Made by a program: the position numbers and the translations under genes
Notes under the pieces: model-generated
The model's input: the letters and a program-made list of their open reading frames with translations, nothing else
Told to the model about the DNA's origin: nothing
The model's database searches: none
NCBI GenBank assembly: GCA_963741945.1
Contig: CAVUKA010000003.1
Coordinates: forward strand, 480,001 to 544,000
From: an uncultured Gemmatimonadales bacterium
Lineage (GTDB): Bacteria > Gemmatimonadota > Gemmatimonadetes > Longimicrobiales > RSA9
Length of the DNA stretch: 64,000 bases
Direction of reading: 5' to 3'
Part shown: positions 1 to 12,392 of the stretch, in pieces
Numbering within the stretch: position 1 is the first letter of the stretch
Layout of the letters: every line of letters begins with the position of its first letter

Positions 1-1
1 G

Positions 2-217
2 CTGGCCGTGGCCGGCGACCTCTACGGCGACGCCTTCTACCATCAGCTCCACCGTGTCCTCCGCCCCGGTGGCCGGCTCTTCCACTACACGGGCGATCCC
101 GGCAGTCGGCACCGGCGCCAGGACCTGCCCGGCCGCGTCGCCCAGCGGCTGGCGGAAGCCGGGTTCAGCGCCGTCCGCCGCGAGCCGGAAGCGCTGGGCG
201 TCTCGGCGAGGAAGTAG
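2..217 (+). CDS. C-terminal fragment of a class I SAM-dependent methyltransferase (truncated at the window start)
   Basis: FYHQLHRVLRPGGRLFHY resembles the 'RVLxPGG' segment of Rossmann methyltransferases; the frame is open from the window edge. Confidence 0.6.
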   Translation: MAVAGDLYGDAFYHQLHRVLRPGGRLFHYTGDPGSRHRRQDLPGRVAQRLAEAGFSAVRREPEALGVSARK

Positions 218-238
218 CGCTCGCCCGGTACGGTCGCG

Positions 239-1045
239 TCAGTCCAGCATCCCCGTGGTGGGCGAGGACGGGACGGCCCACTCGCGCTTCGGCATGCGGC
301 CGGCGAGATAGGCGATGCGCCCGGCTTGCACGGCGAAGTTCATGGCGCGGGCCATGGCGGCGGGCTTCCGGGCGGCGGCAAGGGCGGTGTTCATGAGGAT
401 GCCATCGACGCCCTGCTCCATGGTGAGGCAGGCGTCCGAGGCCGTGCCCACGCCCGCATCCACGATGACGGGGACATCGAGGCGCGCCTTGATCTCACGC
501 ACGTAGTACGGGTTGACCAGCCCCAGTCCGCTGCCGATGGGGCTGGCCAGCGGCATGACGGCTGCGCAGCCCACGTCCTCGAGCCGGAGGGCGGTGACCA
601 CATCCTCGTTCGTGTACGCCAGCACCTTGAATCCCTCTCCGACCAGGACCTTGGCGGCCGCGAGCGTGGCCTGGGCATCCGGCAGGAGCGTGCGCTCGTC
701 GCCGATGACTTCGAGCTTGACGAAGTCGCTCATCCCCGCCGAGCGGGCGAGCCGGGCGTAGCGGATGGCGTCCTCGGCCGTGTAGCAGCCCGCGGTGTTG
801 GGGAGGAGGAAGATCTTCTTCGGATCCAGGTGATAGAGGAGCCCTTCCTCCCTGGTGCTGTCCAGATCGACGCGGCGCACGGCCACGGTCACGACTTCGG
901 CTCCGGACGCGGCGATGGCGTCCACCATCTCCTGGTTCGTCGCGTACTTCCCCGTCCCCACGAACAGCCGGGAGCGGAACTCCCGCCCGGCGATCACCAG
1001 CGGCTGGTCCTGGATCTCCGGCGCCTGCACCATCGTCTCAGTCAT
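239..1045 (-). CDS. thiG: Thiazole synthase
   Basis: SRLFVGTGKY, LPNTAGC, KLEVIGD, MPLASPIGSG and DAGVG motifs; adjacent to thiS and thiE. Confidence 0.97.
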   Translation of the reverse strand: MTETMVQAPEIQDQPLVIAGREFRSRLFVGTGKYATNQEMVDAIAASGAEVVTVAVRRVDLDSTREEGLLYHLDPKKIFLLPNTAGCYTAEDAIRYARLARSAGMSDFVKLEVIGDERTLLPDAQATLAAAKVLVGEGFKVLAYTNEDVVTALRLEDVGCAAVMPLASPIGSGLGLVNPYYVREIKARLDVPVIVDAGVGTASDACLTMEQGVDGILMNTALAAARKPAAMARAMNFAVQAGRIAYLAGRMPKREWAVPSSPTTGMLD

Positions 1046-1075
1046 CTCGTTCTATTCGTTCAGGGGTTCACCGTT

Positions 1076-1297
1076 TCAGCTTCCGCCACCCACGAAATGG
1101 ACCAGCTCCAGCACGTCCCCCGCCTCCACTTCCACCGCATCATAGTGCTCCCGGTCCAGGATCTCGCGGTTCCGCTCCACCACCACCAGGCCGGGGTGCA
1201 GGTCCAGCGATTCCAGGAACGCTTTCACCGTCAGTCCCGAATCGATGGTACGCGCCTCCCCGTTCACCGTCACCCCGATGGTCTCACGCCCGCTCAC
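1076..1297 (-). CDS. thiS: Sulfur carrier protein ThiS
   Basis: VNGE, VVERNREI and C-terminal VHFVGGG; 73 aa. Confidence 0.95.
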   Translation of the reverse strand: MSGRETIGVTVNGEARTIDSGLTVKAFLESLDLHPGLVVVERNREILDREHYDAVEVEAGDVLELVHFVGGGS

Positions 1298-1923
1298 GTC
1301 CCGACCTCCATCGCTTCCAGATACGCTCCGGCCGACGCCACCGGGTCCGCCGCCGACCAGACGCCGCGGATCACCGCAACGCCGTACGCCCCCGCCTCCA
1401 CCGCCTCCACCGTGCGCTCCGGTGTCACACCGCCAATGGCGACCACCGGCCCGGCCGCGAGCCGCGCGGCCTCCCGCACCAGCTCCGTCCCCGCACCCGG
1501 CCGCCCCGGGTGCGACGCGGTCGCCCAGACCGTGCCCAGCAGGACGAAATCGGCGCCACTGCCCAGCGCCGAGGCCGCTTCCGCCGCGTCATGGGCGGAA
1601 TAGCCGATGGGCACAGCGGTCCCGAGCAGCCCGCGCGCGGCCTGGACCGGAAGCGAGCGAGCGCCCAGCTGCACGCCGCACGGATCCACGGCCAGCGCGA
1701 CGTCCACCCGGTCGTTCACCAGCACGCGTCCGCCCGCGGCGGCGGCTTCCGCCGACAGCGTCCGCGCCAGGTCGAACAGCTTCCGGACGGGCATGCCCGC
1801 GCTGCGCAGGTGGAGCGCCACGCCCGCGCCATGCGCGCGCAGCAGCGCCCGGGCGCGCCCGGTGAAGTCCGGCCGGCCCAGGACATCATCGTTCGTGACG
1901 ACGTGGAGCCGGGGGAGCCTCAC
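1294..1923 (-). CDS. thiE: Thiamine phosphate synthase (ThiE/TenI family)
   Basis: LVNDRVDVA, GYSAH, AIGGV and AVIRGV motifs; the GTG start at 1923 overlaps the fmt stop (GTGA). Confidence 0.85.
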   Translation of the reverse strand: MRLPRLHVVTNDDVLGRPDFTGRARALLRAHGAGVALHLRSAGMPVRKLFDLARTLSAEAAAAGGRVLVNDRVDVALAVDPCGVQLGARSLPVQAARGLLGTAVPIGYSAHDAAEAASALGSGADFVLLGTVWATASHPGRPGAGTELVREAARLAAGPVVAIGGVTPERTVEAVEAGAYGVAVIRGVWSAADPVASAGAYLEAMEVGT

Positions 1924-2867
1924 TCGAGTCGGTCTCCGGGGCGCGCTCCCCGCCCCCGCACCCACTCCGCCGCCGTCATCCGCCGCTTCCCGGCGGGCTT
2001 CACCTCCCGGAGCCAGAGCGCTCCATCGGCGCAGGCGACGAGCAGCCCTTCCTCGACATGGGACGGCTCAGCAGCGACTACGGTGCCCGGCTCCGCGGCG
2101 GTGCCCACCCCAGGCCCGGCCACGCGCGGGCGGTAGACTTTCACCTCCTCGCCCGCGAGCAGCGTCCAGGCGCCCGGGACGGAGTCCATGCCACGCACGT
2201 GATCGGCCACGGCCGCGGCGGGGCGGGCCCAGTCCACGCGGGCATCGTCGCGGGCGATGCGCGGGGCGTACGTGGCCGCGGCGTCATCCTGCGGCCGGGC
2301 GTCCAGTGCGCCCGCTTCCATGAGCGCCAGTGTCTCGATGAGCGTCTCGGCCCCGAGCTCGCTCAGGCGCACCGTCAGGTCGCTGGCCGTCTCCTCCGGC
2401 AGGATCGGCTCCTCCACCTGCATGAGGATGGGCCCGGCGTCGAGGGCTTCCACCATGCGCATGGTGGTGATGCCGGTGGTCCGGTGCCCGCGGATCAGCG
2501 CCCAGTTCACCGGCGCGGCGCCCCGCAGCGCGGGGAGGAGGGAGGCGTGCACGTTGACGGAGCCGAACGACGGCACGTCCAGAACCTCGCGCGACAGGAT
2601 CTGGCCGTAAGCCACGACCACACTCAGCTCCGGCTCCAGCTTGCGGATGACGTCCACGAAGTCGGCGGAGCGCGCCCGCTCCGGCTGCAGGACCGGGAGC
2701 ATCTCGTTCTCCGCGAACTGCTTCACCGGCGGCGCGGTGAGGGTTCGACCGCGACCCCGGTGCCGGTCGGGCTGCGTCACAACGCCGACCACATCGTGGC
2801 CCTCGCCCAGCAGCGCGGCCAGCGACGGGAGCGCGAAATCCGGAGTACCCCAGAAGAGGATCCGCAC
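1920..2867 (-). CDS. fmt: Methionyl-tRNA formyltransferase
   Basis: FWGTPDFA, VVTQPDR, VAYGQIL, NVHASLLP, RGAAP. Confidence 0.97.
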   Translation of the reverse strand: MRILFWGTPDFALPSLAALLGEGHDVVGVVTQPDRHRGRGRTLTAPPVKQFAENEMLPVLQPERARSADFVDVIRKLEPELSVVVAYGQILSREVLDVPSFGSVNVHASLLPALRGAAPVNWALIRGHRTTGITTMRMVEALDAGPILMQVEEPILPEETASDLTVRLSELGAETLIETLALMEAGALDARPQDDAAATYAPRIARDDARVDWARPAAAVADHVRGMDSVPGAWTLLAGEEVKVYRPRVAGPGVGTAAEPGTVVAAEPSHVEEGLLVACADGALWLREVKPAGKRRMTAAEWVRGRGARPGDRLE

Positions 2868-2871
2868 GGCC

Positions 2872-3390
2872 CTACGCGCTCGAGGTCTCGGGCTCCGGCT
2901 TCACCTTCTCCCACTTCTTCAACGCCATCTTCCGCTTCAACGGCGTCAGCCGGTCGAAAAAGAGGATCCCATCGAGGTGGTCCACCTCGTGCTGCAGCAC
3001 GCGGGCGAGCAGCCCCTCGGCCTCGATACGTACGGGGTTGCCATCCAGATCCAGCGCTTCCACCACCGCCGTGGTCGCGCGCTCCACCACGTCGCGAACG
3101 CCCGGGATGCTGAGGCACCCCTCCTCCACCCGGTCCCGCTCCTTCCCGGTTTCCACGACGCTCGGATTCACCAGCGCCACCGGCTCCACACCTTCCTCCC
3201 GCGGGTCCACCACGATCAGGCGCATGAGGAGCCCCACCTGTGGTGCGGCCAGGCCCACGCCATCGGCCTCGTACATGGTGTCGAACATGTCGCGAGCCAG
3301 GCGACGAACCGACTCGTCCACTTCTGGCACTTCGGCCGCCTTCTCCCGCAGCACCGGATCGCCCATCAGGCGGATGTCCAGCGAACCCAT
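2872..3390 (-). CDS. def: Peptide deformylase
   Basis: GVGLAAPQVG, EGCLS, QHEVDHLDG. Confidence 0.97.
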   Translation of the reverse strand: MGSLDIRLMGDPVLREKAAEVPEVDESVRRLARDMFDTMYEADGVGLAAPQVGLLMRLIVVDPREEGVEPVALVNPSVVETGKERDRVEEGCLSIPGVRDVVERATTAVVEALDLDGNPVRIEAEGLLARVLQHEVDHLDGILFFDRLTPLKRKMALKKWEKVKPEPETSSA

Positions 3391-3398
3391 CCCTCCTC

Positions 3399-5970
<2,572 letters not shown>

Positions 5971-6006
5971 GGCGGGCGAAAGAAAGCGACACGCCGGTCG
6001 AAATGC

Positions 6007-6078
6007 AAAGGCGCGAAGGAGGCGAAGAGCGCGGAGAACCCCACGGCTCTCACGCGGAGACGCGAAGAGCGCGGAGGG
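6007..6078. repeat. Dispersed GCGGAG/GCGAAG repeat cluster (same family as the arrays at 23788-24470 and 41691-41842)
   Basis: CCACGGCTCTCACGCGGAG here is the reverse complement of part of the 38-bp unit at 24134-24470. Confidence 0.75.
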
Positions 6079-6107
6079 GCACGCGTGGGCCTGCGGTGCG
6101 CGGGCGG

Positions 6108-6200
6108 AGTCCGGTCACCGGGCTACGCCCCCAGTCATTCGTAAGGGGGGGCGCCCCGCGGCGTCCGGGAGAGGCAGCGCTTTCGCCCGGGAATGCGCCC
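6108..6200. other. Repeated structured non-coding motif, copy 1 (candidate ncRNA or MITE core)
   Basis: Collinear similarity to 24043-24135, with conserved hairpins. Confidence 0.6.
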
Positions 6201-7244
6201 TCAGCCGTTCCCGAAAAGGTTGATCTGCCCGCGCTCGCCGAGATCCTCGGGGATCGCGTAGCCGAAGCGGTGGAAGGCACGGCGCGTCGCCACCCGTCCC
6301 CGGGGCGTGCGCATCAGGAACCCGTTCTGGATCAGGAACGGCTCGTAGACCTCCTCTATCGTGCCGGGATCCTCGCCCACGGCCACCGCCAGCGTGTTCA
6401 GCCCCGCGGGGCCGCCATCGAAGTTCTCGATGAGCGTTTTCAGGATGCGTCCATCCATCTCGTCGAGGCCGTACTCGTCCACGTCCAGCATCCGGAGCGC
6501 GTCGTCCGCCACCTCGTCCGTGATCACGCCGTCCGCGCGGACCTGGGCGAAGTCCCGGACCCGGCGCAACAGCCGGTTGGCGACGCGCGGCGTGCCGCGA
6601 CTCCGCTTGGCGATCTCCTCCACGCCCGGGGCCGTGGTGCCCACGCCCAGGATCTCCGCGCTGCGGACCACGATGTCCACGAGCTCCTCCGACCCATAAT
6701 AGTTGAGCCGCTGGATGATGCCGAAGCGAGCCCGCATCGGAGGCGTGAGCAGCCCGAAGCGGGTGGTCGCCCCGACCAGCGTGAAGCGCTCCACCGGCAT
6801 GGTGATGGTCTGCGCCTTCGGACCCTCGCTCAGCCGGATGTCGATCCGGTAGTCCTCCATGGCCGGGTAGAGGAACTCCTCTATGATCGGGCGCAGCCGA
6901 TGGATCTCGTCGATGAAGAGGATGTCCCCCGCCTCCAGGTTGGTGAGCAGGCCAACCAGGTCCGCCGGCTTCTCCAGCACCGGTCCCGATGTGGTCTTCA
7001 TCTGCACGCCCAGCTCGCGGGCCATCAGCATGGCCAGCGTGGTCTTCCCCAGCCCCGGGGGGCCATGGAAGAGCGTGTGGTCCAGCGGCTCGCGCCGTTG
7101 CTGCGCTGCGTCGATGGCAATGCGCAGCGACTCCTTCACCTTGGCCTGGCCGATGAACTCCGCCAGCCGCTGCGGCCGCAGCGAGAGCTCGACATCCTGC
7201 TCGTCGGTGATCGGTTCCGGAGTGGTGATCTCGGGGCGGTTCAT
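6201..7244 (-). CDS. ruvB: Holliday junction branch migration helicase RuvB
   Basis: [41 protein letters not shown]; start taken at MNRPE (7244). Confidence 0.97.
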   Translation of the reverse strand: MNRPEITTPEPITDEQDVELSLRPQRLAEFIGQAKVKESLRIAIDAAQQRREPLDHTLFHGPPGLGKTTLAMLMARELGVQMKTTSGPVLEKPADLVGLLTNLEAGDILFIDEIHRLRPIIEEFLYPAMEDYRIDIRLSEGPKAQTITMPVERFTLVGATTRFGLLTPPMRARFGIIQRLNYYGSEELVDIVVRSAEILGVGTTAPGVEEIAKRSRGTPRVANRLLRRVRDFAQVRADGVITDEVADDALRMLDVDEYGLDEMDGRILKTLIENFDGGPAGLNTLAVAVGEDPGTIEEVYEPFLIQNGFLMRTPRGRVATRRAFHRFGYAIPEDLGERGQINLFGNG

Positions 7245-7274
7245 TGACCTCGAAGGTATCACACCCGCCGCCCC

Positions 7275-7290
7275 TTCGGCCAGTCTTCGG
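7275..7290. promoter_or_regulatory. TTCGG-N6-TTCGG direct repeat upstream of ruvB (candidate DNA-damage operator)
   Basis: TTCGG-ccagtc-TTCGG lies 31-46 bp upstream of the ruvB start; the same motif occurs at dnaE2 and imuA. Confidence 0.45.
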
Positions 7291-7532
7291 GAGGACGGGA
7301 CGCCAGAGCGGGCTACGCTGGCAGCGCGGGCGAAGCAAGCTGCGGTCAACCCCGCGCCGCTTGACGGAATGCCTCGGATGGCTTCGTGTGCCCCCCGGCC
7401 TGCCCCGAGCCTGCCCCCGCAGGCTTTCCACGATGTCGTCCTTCGTGCCTTCCCCCTTGCCCGCGAACTTCCATTCGTGAATCTGTGTACAAAGCCCCGG
7501 ACACATACATCCCTGTCCCTGGAGAGAGAGCA

Positions 7533-8144
7533 ATGAACCGTTCCGGTAGAGCGATCGGAGTGCTGCTGCTGGCGCTCCTGGCCGTCGGGGGGACGGCGTG
7601 CGCGAAGCGCGTCTCGCGCATCGACCCATCCAGCGTCACCGACCTGTCCGGCCGCTGGAACGACACGGACTCGCGCCTGGTGGCGAACGCGCTGATCGAG
7701 CAGACGCTCGGCGGCGGCTGGGTCTCGCGGTACACGGGCGCGCACGGCGGGGAGTCGCCGGCAGTGATCGTGGGCGGCTTCCGCAACCGGACGATGGAGC
7801 ACATCCCGGTGAACACGTTCATCAGTGACCTGGAGCGGGCGCTGATCAACTCGGGCGCGGTGACCATGGTGGCGAGCCCTGGGGCGCGGGACGAGATCCG
7901 TGGGGAGCGGACGGACCAGCAGGAGAACGCGCGTGCGGACACGCGGGCGAGGATGGCGCAGGAGCTCGGGGCGAACTACATGCTCCAGGGCGAGATCACG
8001 GCCATCGAGGACGAGGAGGGCCGGGAGAAGGTGGTCTACTACCAGGTGGATGCCACGCTGACGGACGTGGAGAGCAACGTGAAGGTCTGGGCCGGGCAGC
8101 ACCGGATCAAGAAGTATATCGAGCGGCCCCGTATCGGATGGTGA
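7533..8144 (+). CDS. LpoB-like lipoprotein (penicillin-binding protein activator family)
   Basis: Signal peptide with lipobox [21 protein letters not shown] and [10 protein letters not shown] segments typical of LpoB-like/CsgG-fold lipoproteins. Confidence 0.75.
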   Translation: MNRSGRAIGVLLLALLAVGGTACAKRVSRIDPSSVTDLSGRWNDTDSRLVANALIEQTLGGGWVSRYTGAHGGESPAVIVGGFRNRTMEHIPVNTFISDLERALINSGAVTMVASPGARDEIRGERTDQQENARADTRARMAQELGANYMLQGEITAIEDEEGREKVVYYQVDATLTDVESNVKVWAGQHRIKKYIERPRIGW

Positions 8145-8155
8145 GGAGACGCCCC

Positions 8156-8974
8156 ATGAGGAAGACGACCATGAAGACGCTGCCGCTGCTGTCGCTGGCC
8201 GCGCTCGTGACGGCGGCGGGATGCGCGCCGAAGCGCGTGAACCAGGCACCGATCCTGGAGAACGATGATCGGGTGCCGGAAGTGAGCACGGGCTCCGCGG
8301 CGGCGGAGGCGGCGAGCCAGCAGGCATACCAGCAGATGGACCGGGATTCCATCGCCGCGGCGGCGCTGGCCTCCTGCGCCGGTGAGATCTGCACCGCGGT
8401 CACGCGCGGCGAGCTGGCGCTGGGAATGAACGAGACGCAGGTGCTGGCGGCCACGCGCACCACGTACTCCGCCTGGACGGTGCGACGCGCGGCCGGCACG
8501 TCCGTCATGGTGCCCCGGAGCCTGCAGTACGCCCCGGACGATGCCACGGGTGAGGTCGCCATGGTGCAGGTGGCGGACGGGCGGGTCCGCTCCTACAGCT
8601 ACCGGGAGCCGCAGGGGATCCGGGTGGTCAGCACGCCGGCGGACGCCACTACGGCGGGCCGGGCGGCGGCGATGGCGGACATGCTCGTGCGCGAGGGCGA
8701 CGACTACATGGCGCGCGGGGAGTTCGACCTGGCGCTCAACCGCTATGACCGCGCGTCGGTGCTGAAAGTGGACGACCCCGAAGTCACGTACCGGATCGCC
8801 ACGACGCTGGACAAGGCACTGCGACCCATCGAGGCGCAGATCCAGTACGAGCTGTTCCTGCACCAGATGGATCTGGAGAAGATCCAGGCGTATGGCGACA
8901 TGTACGCGAAGATGGCGGACGCCATCGCGCACGCCCGGGAGCGGTTGATCGTGCTCGAGAAGCGGAACCCCTGA
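8156..8974 (+). CDS. Uncharacterised lipoprotein with a TPR-like C-terminus
   Basis: Lipobox AAGC; helical [23 protein letters not shown]-like segment; the start could instead be 8171. Confidence 0.6.
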   Translation: MRKTTMKTLPLLSLAALVTAAGCAPKRVNQAPILENDDRVPEVSTGSAAAEAASQQAYQQMDRDSIAAAALASCAGEICTAVTRGELALGMNETQVLAATRTTYSAWTVRRAAGTSVMVPRSLQYAPDDATGEVAMVQVADGRVRSYSYREPQGIRVVSTPADATTAGRAAAMADMLVREGDDYMARGEFDLALNRYDRASVLKVDDPEVTYRIATTLDKALRPIEAQIQYELFLHQMDLEKIQAYGDMYAKMADAIAHARERLIVLEKRNP

Positions 8975-8987
8975 GGCGGGGACGGCC

Positions 8988-10529
8988 GTGCGCCTGAAGC
9001 GCGCGCGGTGGGCCGTGGCGCTGGCCGCGGCCCTCCCGCTGTCCGGCTGCGCCGCCATGCTCGGCGGCTACGACCTCGCGCCCAGCGGGCTGCCTCGATC
9101 CGAGGACGCCCTGCGGCGCGACCTGGCCACGCGCGCGCCGGTCACGTACCGGAGCATGATCGACGGGGAGCGGGCGCTCCCGGACGACGACCTGCTCCGG
9201 CTCCTCTACGCGGCCCTCGCCGGGCGCTACGCCGGCGCGTACGACGAGAGCAGTCATCTCCTCGACGTGGCCTCCTACCTGGCCGAGGACCGGGTCACCA
9301 CCAGCGTGAGTCGCCAAGCGCTCAGCCTGATCACCAACGACCGCGCCCTGGCGTACGTGCCCGGGCGGACCGAGCGGCTGATGATCCCCTACACCGCCGC
9401 GGTCGACTACCTGTCGGCGGGTGATCCTGACGGCGCCGCCGTGGAAGCCCGCCGCATCGAGGCGCTGCTGGACCGGTTCGATGACGGCGTCGCGCCGGCC
9501 GACGTCCCGGCCGGAAGCCGGTTCCTCCACTATTTCGCGGGCACGGTGTTCGAGGCCGCCCACGACTGGAACGCCGCGGACGTGGCGTATCGCAGGGCCC
9601 GACCGATGACCGCGATGCTCCGTGCGCCGGCGGACGATGGCGCGAAGGCGGACTCCGGGGCAGCCACGCTCCTGCCGGGCGAGGATTCCGCCGGAGGCAG
9701 CGGCCTTGCCAGTCACGGCCCGGTCACCGACGCGCTCGCCGCCGGGGATTCAGTCGGGGAGGTGGTGGTGCTGGTGGAGCACGGCTTCGTGCCGCACCGG
9801 GTCGAGCAGTCGGTGATCGTGGTGGTACCGTCGTTCCAGATGGCCCACCTGACGGGCGGCTCCATCGGCGAGCGAGCCGCCGTGGCCGCAGAGGCCGCGA
9901 CACGGCTGCTGGTGACGGCCAGCCAGCAGTACGGGGACCGGAGCGGCTTTTACCGGGATCCCGGATACCAGCGGCCGATCCGTCTCGCGCCCTGGCGGGA
10001 CGACTGCGGTCCGGGCGAGAGCCGCTGCGACGGCGACTCGGACCCCTACCTCCTCCGGATCTCCTGGCCCGTGCTGTACCAGGAGCCCGCTCCGGCGCCG
10101 CGGGTCCGGGTCCGGGCCGGCGAGTACGGGGCGGATGCCGTCGCCCGATTCGACCTGGCCGAGAGCGCGCGCGCCGATTTCGCCGCGGAGCGGGCCACCA
10201 TCGTGGCGCGCACGATGCTGCGGGCCGTGGCGAAGGTGGCCGTCTCGGCGGGCGTGAAGGAAGCCGTTTCGAAGAAGGACGAAGTGGCGGGCGACGTGGC
10301 GGGGCTGCTGACGAACCTGGGCACAATGCTGACGGAGCGGGCCGACACCCGGTGCTGGCAGCTGCTCCCGGGCTCGATCACCATGGTCCGGCTGCGACTG
10401 CCAGCGGGGACGCACGAGCTGACGCTGGAGCCGGACGGGCCGCGCGATGGCGGCCGCGTCACGTCGCTCGGTGCCGTCACCGTGAGACCGGGTGGAATCA
10501 CGTTCGTGGCCACGCGCCAGTGGCGGTGA
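8988..10529 (+). CDS. COG3014-like TPR lipoprotein
   Basis: Lipobox LSGC; AAVEARR and C-terminal ERADTRCWQLLP motifs; neighbours the LpoB-like gene. Confidence 0.65.
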   Translation: MRLKRARWAVALAAALPLSGCAAMLGGYDLAPSGLPRSEDALRRDLATRAPVTYRSMIDGERALPDDDLLRLLYAALAGRYAGAYDESSHLLDVASYLAEDRVTTSVSRQALSLITNDRALAYVPGRTERLMIPYTAAVDYLSAGDPDGAAVEARRIEALLDRFDDGVAPADVPAGSRFLHYFAGTVFEAAHDWNAADVAYRRARPMTAMLRAPADDGAKADSGAATLLPGEDSAGGSGLASHGPVTDALAAGDSVGEVVVLVEHGFVPHRVEQSVIVVVPSFQMAHLTGGSIGERAAVAAEAATRLLVTASQQYGDRSGFYRDPGYQRPIRLAPWRDDCGPGESRCDGDSDPYLLRISWPVLYQEPAPAPRVRVRAGEYGADAVARFDLAESARADFAAERATIVARTMLRAVAKVAVSAGVKEAVSKKDEVAGDVAGLLTNLGTMLTERADTRCWQLLPGSITMVRLRLPAGTHELTLEPDGPRDGGRVTSLGAVTVRPGGITFVATRQWR

Positions 10530-10655
10530 GGCGCCCTTTGCCGCCGCCCCCCCTGCTGGTACCTTTCCCCTTCACTTTGCCCCGAACCCGCGCCCGAGCA
10601 TGCCTCGCCCTCGCCGCCTGGCATTGAACGACCCCGTGGCGGACGACCGCTGACC

Positions 10656-12392
10656 GTGCCCACCCGCACCGCCCGGAGCCTGCCCGTGTACCCGGCCGTA
10701 GCACCGCCTCGGGGCGACGCGACGCGCGCGCCGCTGCTGGGATGGTTCCTGCGCTGGAAGCACGCCCGCACGGCCGTCCAGATCCCGCTCCTCCTGCTCG
10801 CGGCCGTGATCGTGGCGGACGGGCTGTTCGGTCCGCAGGTGGCGCCGGAGAACGCGGCGGGCGTGGGGCCGTGGGTGCAATGGCGAGGACTCGTGGCGCT
10901 GGCGCTGCTCGTGGCCGGGAACCTGTTCTGCATGGCCTGCCCGTTCATGCTCCCCCGGCGTCTGGCGAAGAAGCTGATGCCGGCAACCCGGAGCTGGCCG
11001 GCGTGGCTGCGCGGGAAATGGCTGGCGCTGGCGCTCCTCGTCACCTTCTTCTGGGCGTACGAGGCGTTCGACCTCTGGAACAGCCCGTGGCTCACCGCGT
11101 GGCTCGTGCTGGCATACTTCGCGGCCGCGTTCGTAGTGGACGGGTTCTTCAAGGGCGCGGCATTCTGCAAGTACGTCTGCCCGATCGGCTCGTTCAACTT
11201 CGTGAACGCCCTCGCCTCACCGGCGGAAGTGCGCGTCCGGGACGTGGACGTGTGCGCCGCGTGCGAGACCAAGGACTGCATCACCGGCAGGCACGCGATC
11301 GACGCCCGCACCGGCGAGGCGAGAGTCGTCCAGTCGGGGTGCGAGCTGTGGCTCTTCCAGCCTCGTAAGACAGGAAACCTGGACTGCACTTTCTGTCTCG
11401 ACTGCGTCCAGGCGTGTCCCTACGACAATGTCGGGATCATGCCGCGGATCCCGGGGGCGGAGCTGGTGCGCGACCCCCGCCGCTCCGGCATCGGCCGCCT
11501 CACGGAGCGTCCCGACTTCGTGGCCCTCCTCATGGCCGTGGTCTTCCTGGCGTTCGTCAACGCGGCGGGGATGATCGGCCCCGTACAGCCGGTCCTGGAC
11601 GGAATCGGCCGCGCGCTCGGGACCGACAGGGAGTGGGTGACCTGGACCGTTTTCCTGCTGGCGACGCTGGGCATCGCGCCCGCACTGCTCCTGGCCAAGG
11701 CGACCGCCGCCAGCTGGTGGCTCACCGGCGGTGTGGTCCCCGCGCGCCGGCTGGGGCTCCGGATGGCCGCGGGGCTGGTGCCCGTGGGCTTCGGGATGTG
11801 GGTGGCTCACTACGGGTTCCACCTGCTGGCCAGCGGGTTGACCCTGGTCCCCGTGCTCCACCGCGTGGGCAACGATGTCGCCTTCGTGGGCGGCACGCCC
11901 GACTGGTCGCTGGGCCCCATCCTCCCGGCGGCGTGGCTCCTCCCCGTCGAGCTGCTGGCCGTGGAAGGAGGGCTGCTGGGGAGCATTCTGCTTCTCCATT
12001 ACATTTCGCGCGCGACGCTCCCCTCGGGGCGCCTGGCGCGGCGAGCGTTCGCACCCTGGGCCCTGCTCGCCCTGGGCCTGGGCGCGCTCGGCGGGTGGAT
12101 CATGGTCCAGCCCATGGCCATGCGCGGGATGATGATGCCCGGCATGGAAGCGACCATGCCAGGGATGGGTGCGGAAGGGACCATGCCCGGGATGACGGAC
12201 GGCGTCCCCATGCCCGGGGGAATGCGGCTGGAGGCAGAGCCGGCGGCAAGCGGGGAGCCGGCGGACGGAGGCGCAGCGGCCTCGGGCGCCCACACGGACG
12301 AGGAGCAGGGAATGGACGGAAGCCGGAAAGAGGCGGCGTCGCCGACAACGCACACGGCCAGCCCGGCGGAGCACGGGGGCGGCGATGGGTGA
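10656..12392 (+). CDS. Polytopic membrane polyferredoxin (4Fe-4S, NapH/FesM-like) with a Met-rich tail
   Basis: FCMACP, FCKYVCP, CAACETKDC and CTFCLDCVQACP motifs; many transmembrane segments. Confidence 0.8.
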   Translation: MPTRTARSLPVYPAVAPPRGDATRAPLLGWFLRWKHARTAVQIPLLLLAAVIVADGLFGPQVAPENAAGVGPWVQWRGLVALALLVAGNLFCMACPFMLPRRLAKKLMPATRSWPAWLRGKWLALALLVTFFWAYEAFDLWNSPWLTAWLVLAYFAAAFVVDGFFKGAAFCKYVCPIGSFNFVNALASPAEVRVRDVDVCAACETKDCITGRHAIDARTGEARVVQSGCELWLFQPRKTGNLDCTFCLDCVQACPYDNVGIMPRIPGAELVRDPRRSGIGRLTERPDFVALLMAVVFLAFVNAAGMIGPVQPVLDGIGRALGTDREWVTWTVFLLATLGIAPALLLAKATAASWWLTGGVVPARRLGLRMAAGLVPVGFGMWVAHYGFHLLASGLTLVPVLHRVGNDVAFVGGTPDWSLGPILPAAWLLPVELLAVEGGLLGSILLLHYISRATLPSGRLARRAFAPWALLALGLGALGGWIMVQPMAMRGMMMPGMEATMPGMGAEGTMPGMTDGVPMPGGMRLEAEPAASGEPADGGAAASGAHTDEEQGMDGSRKEAASPTTHTASPAEHGGGDG

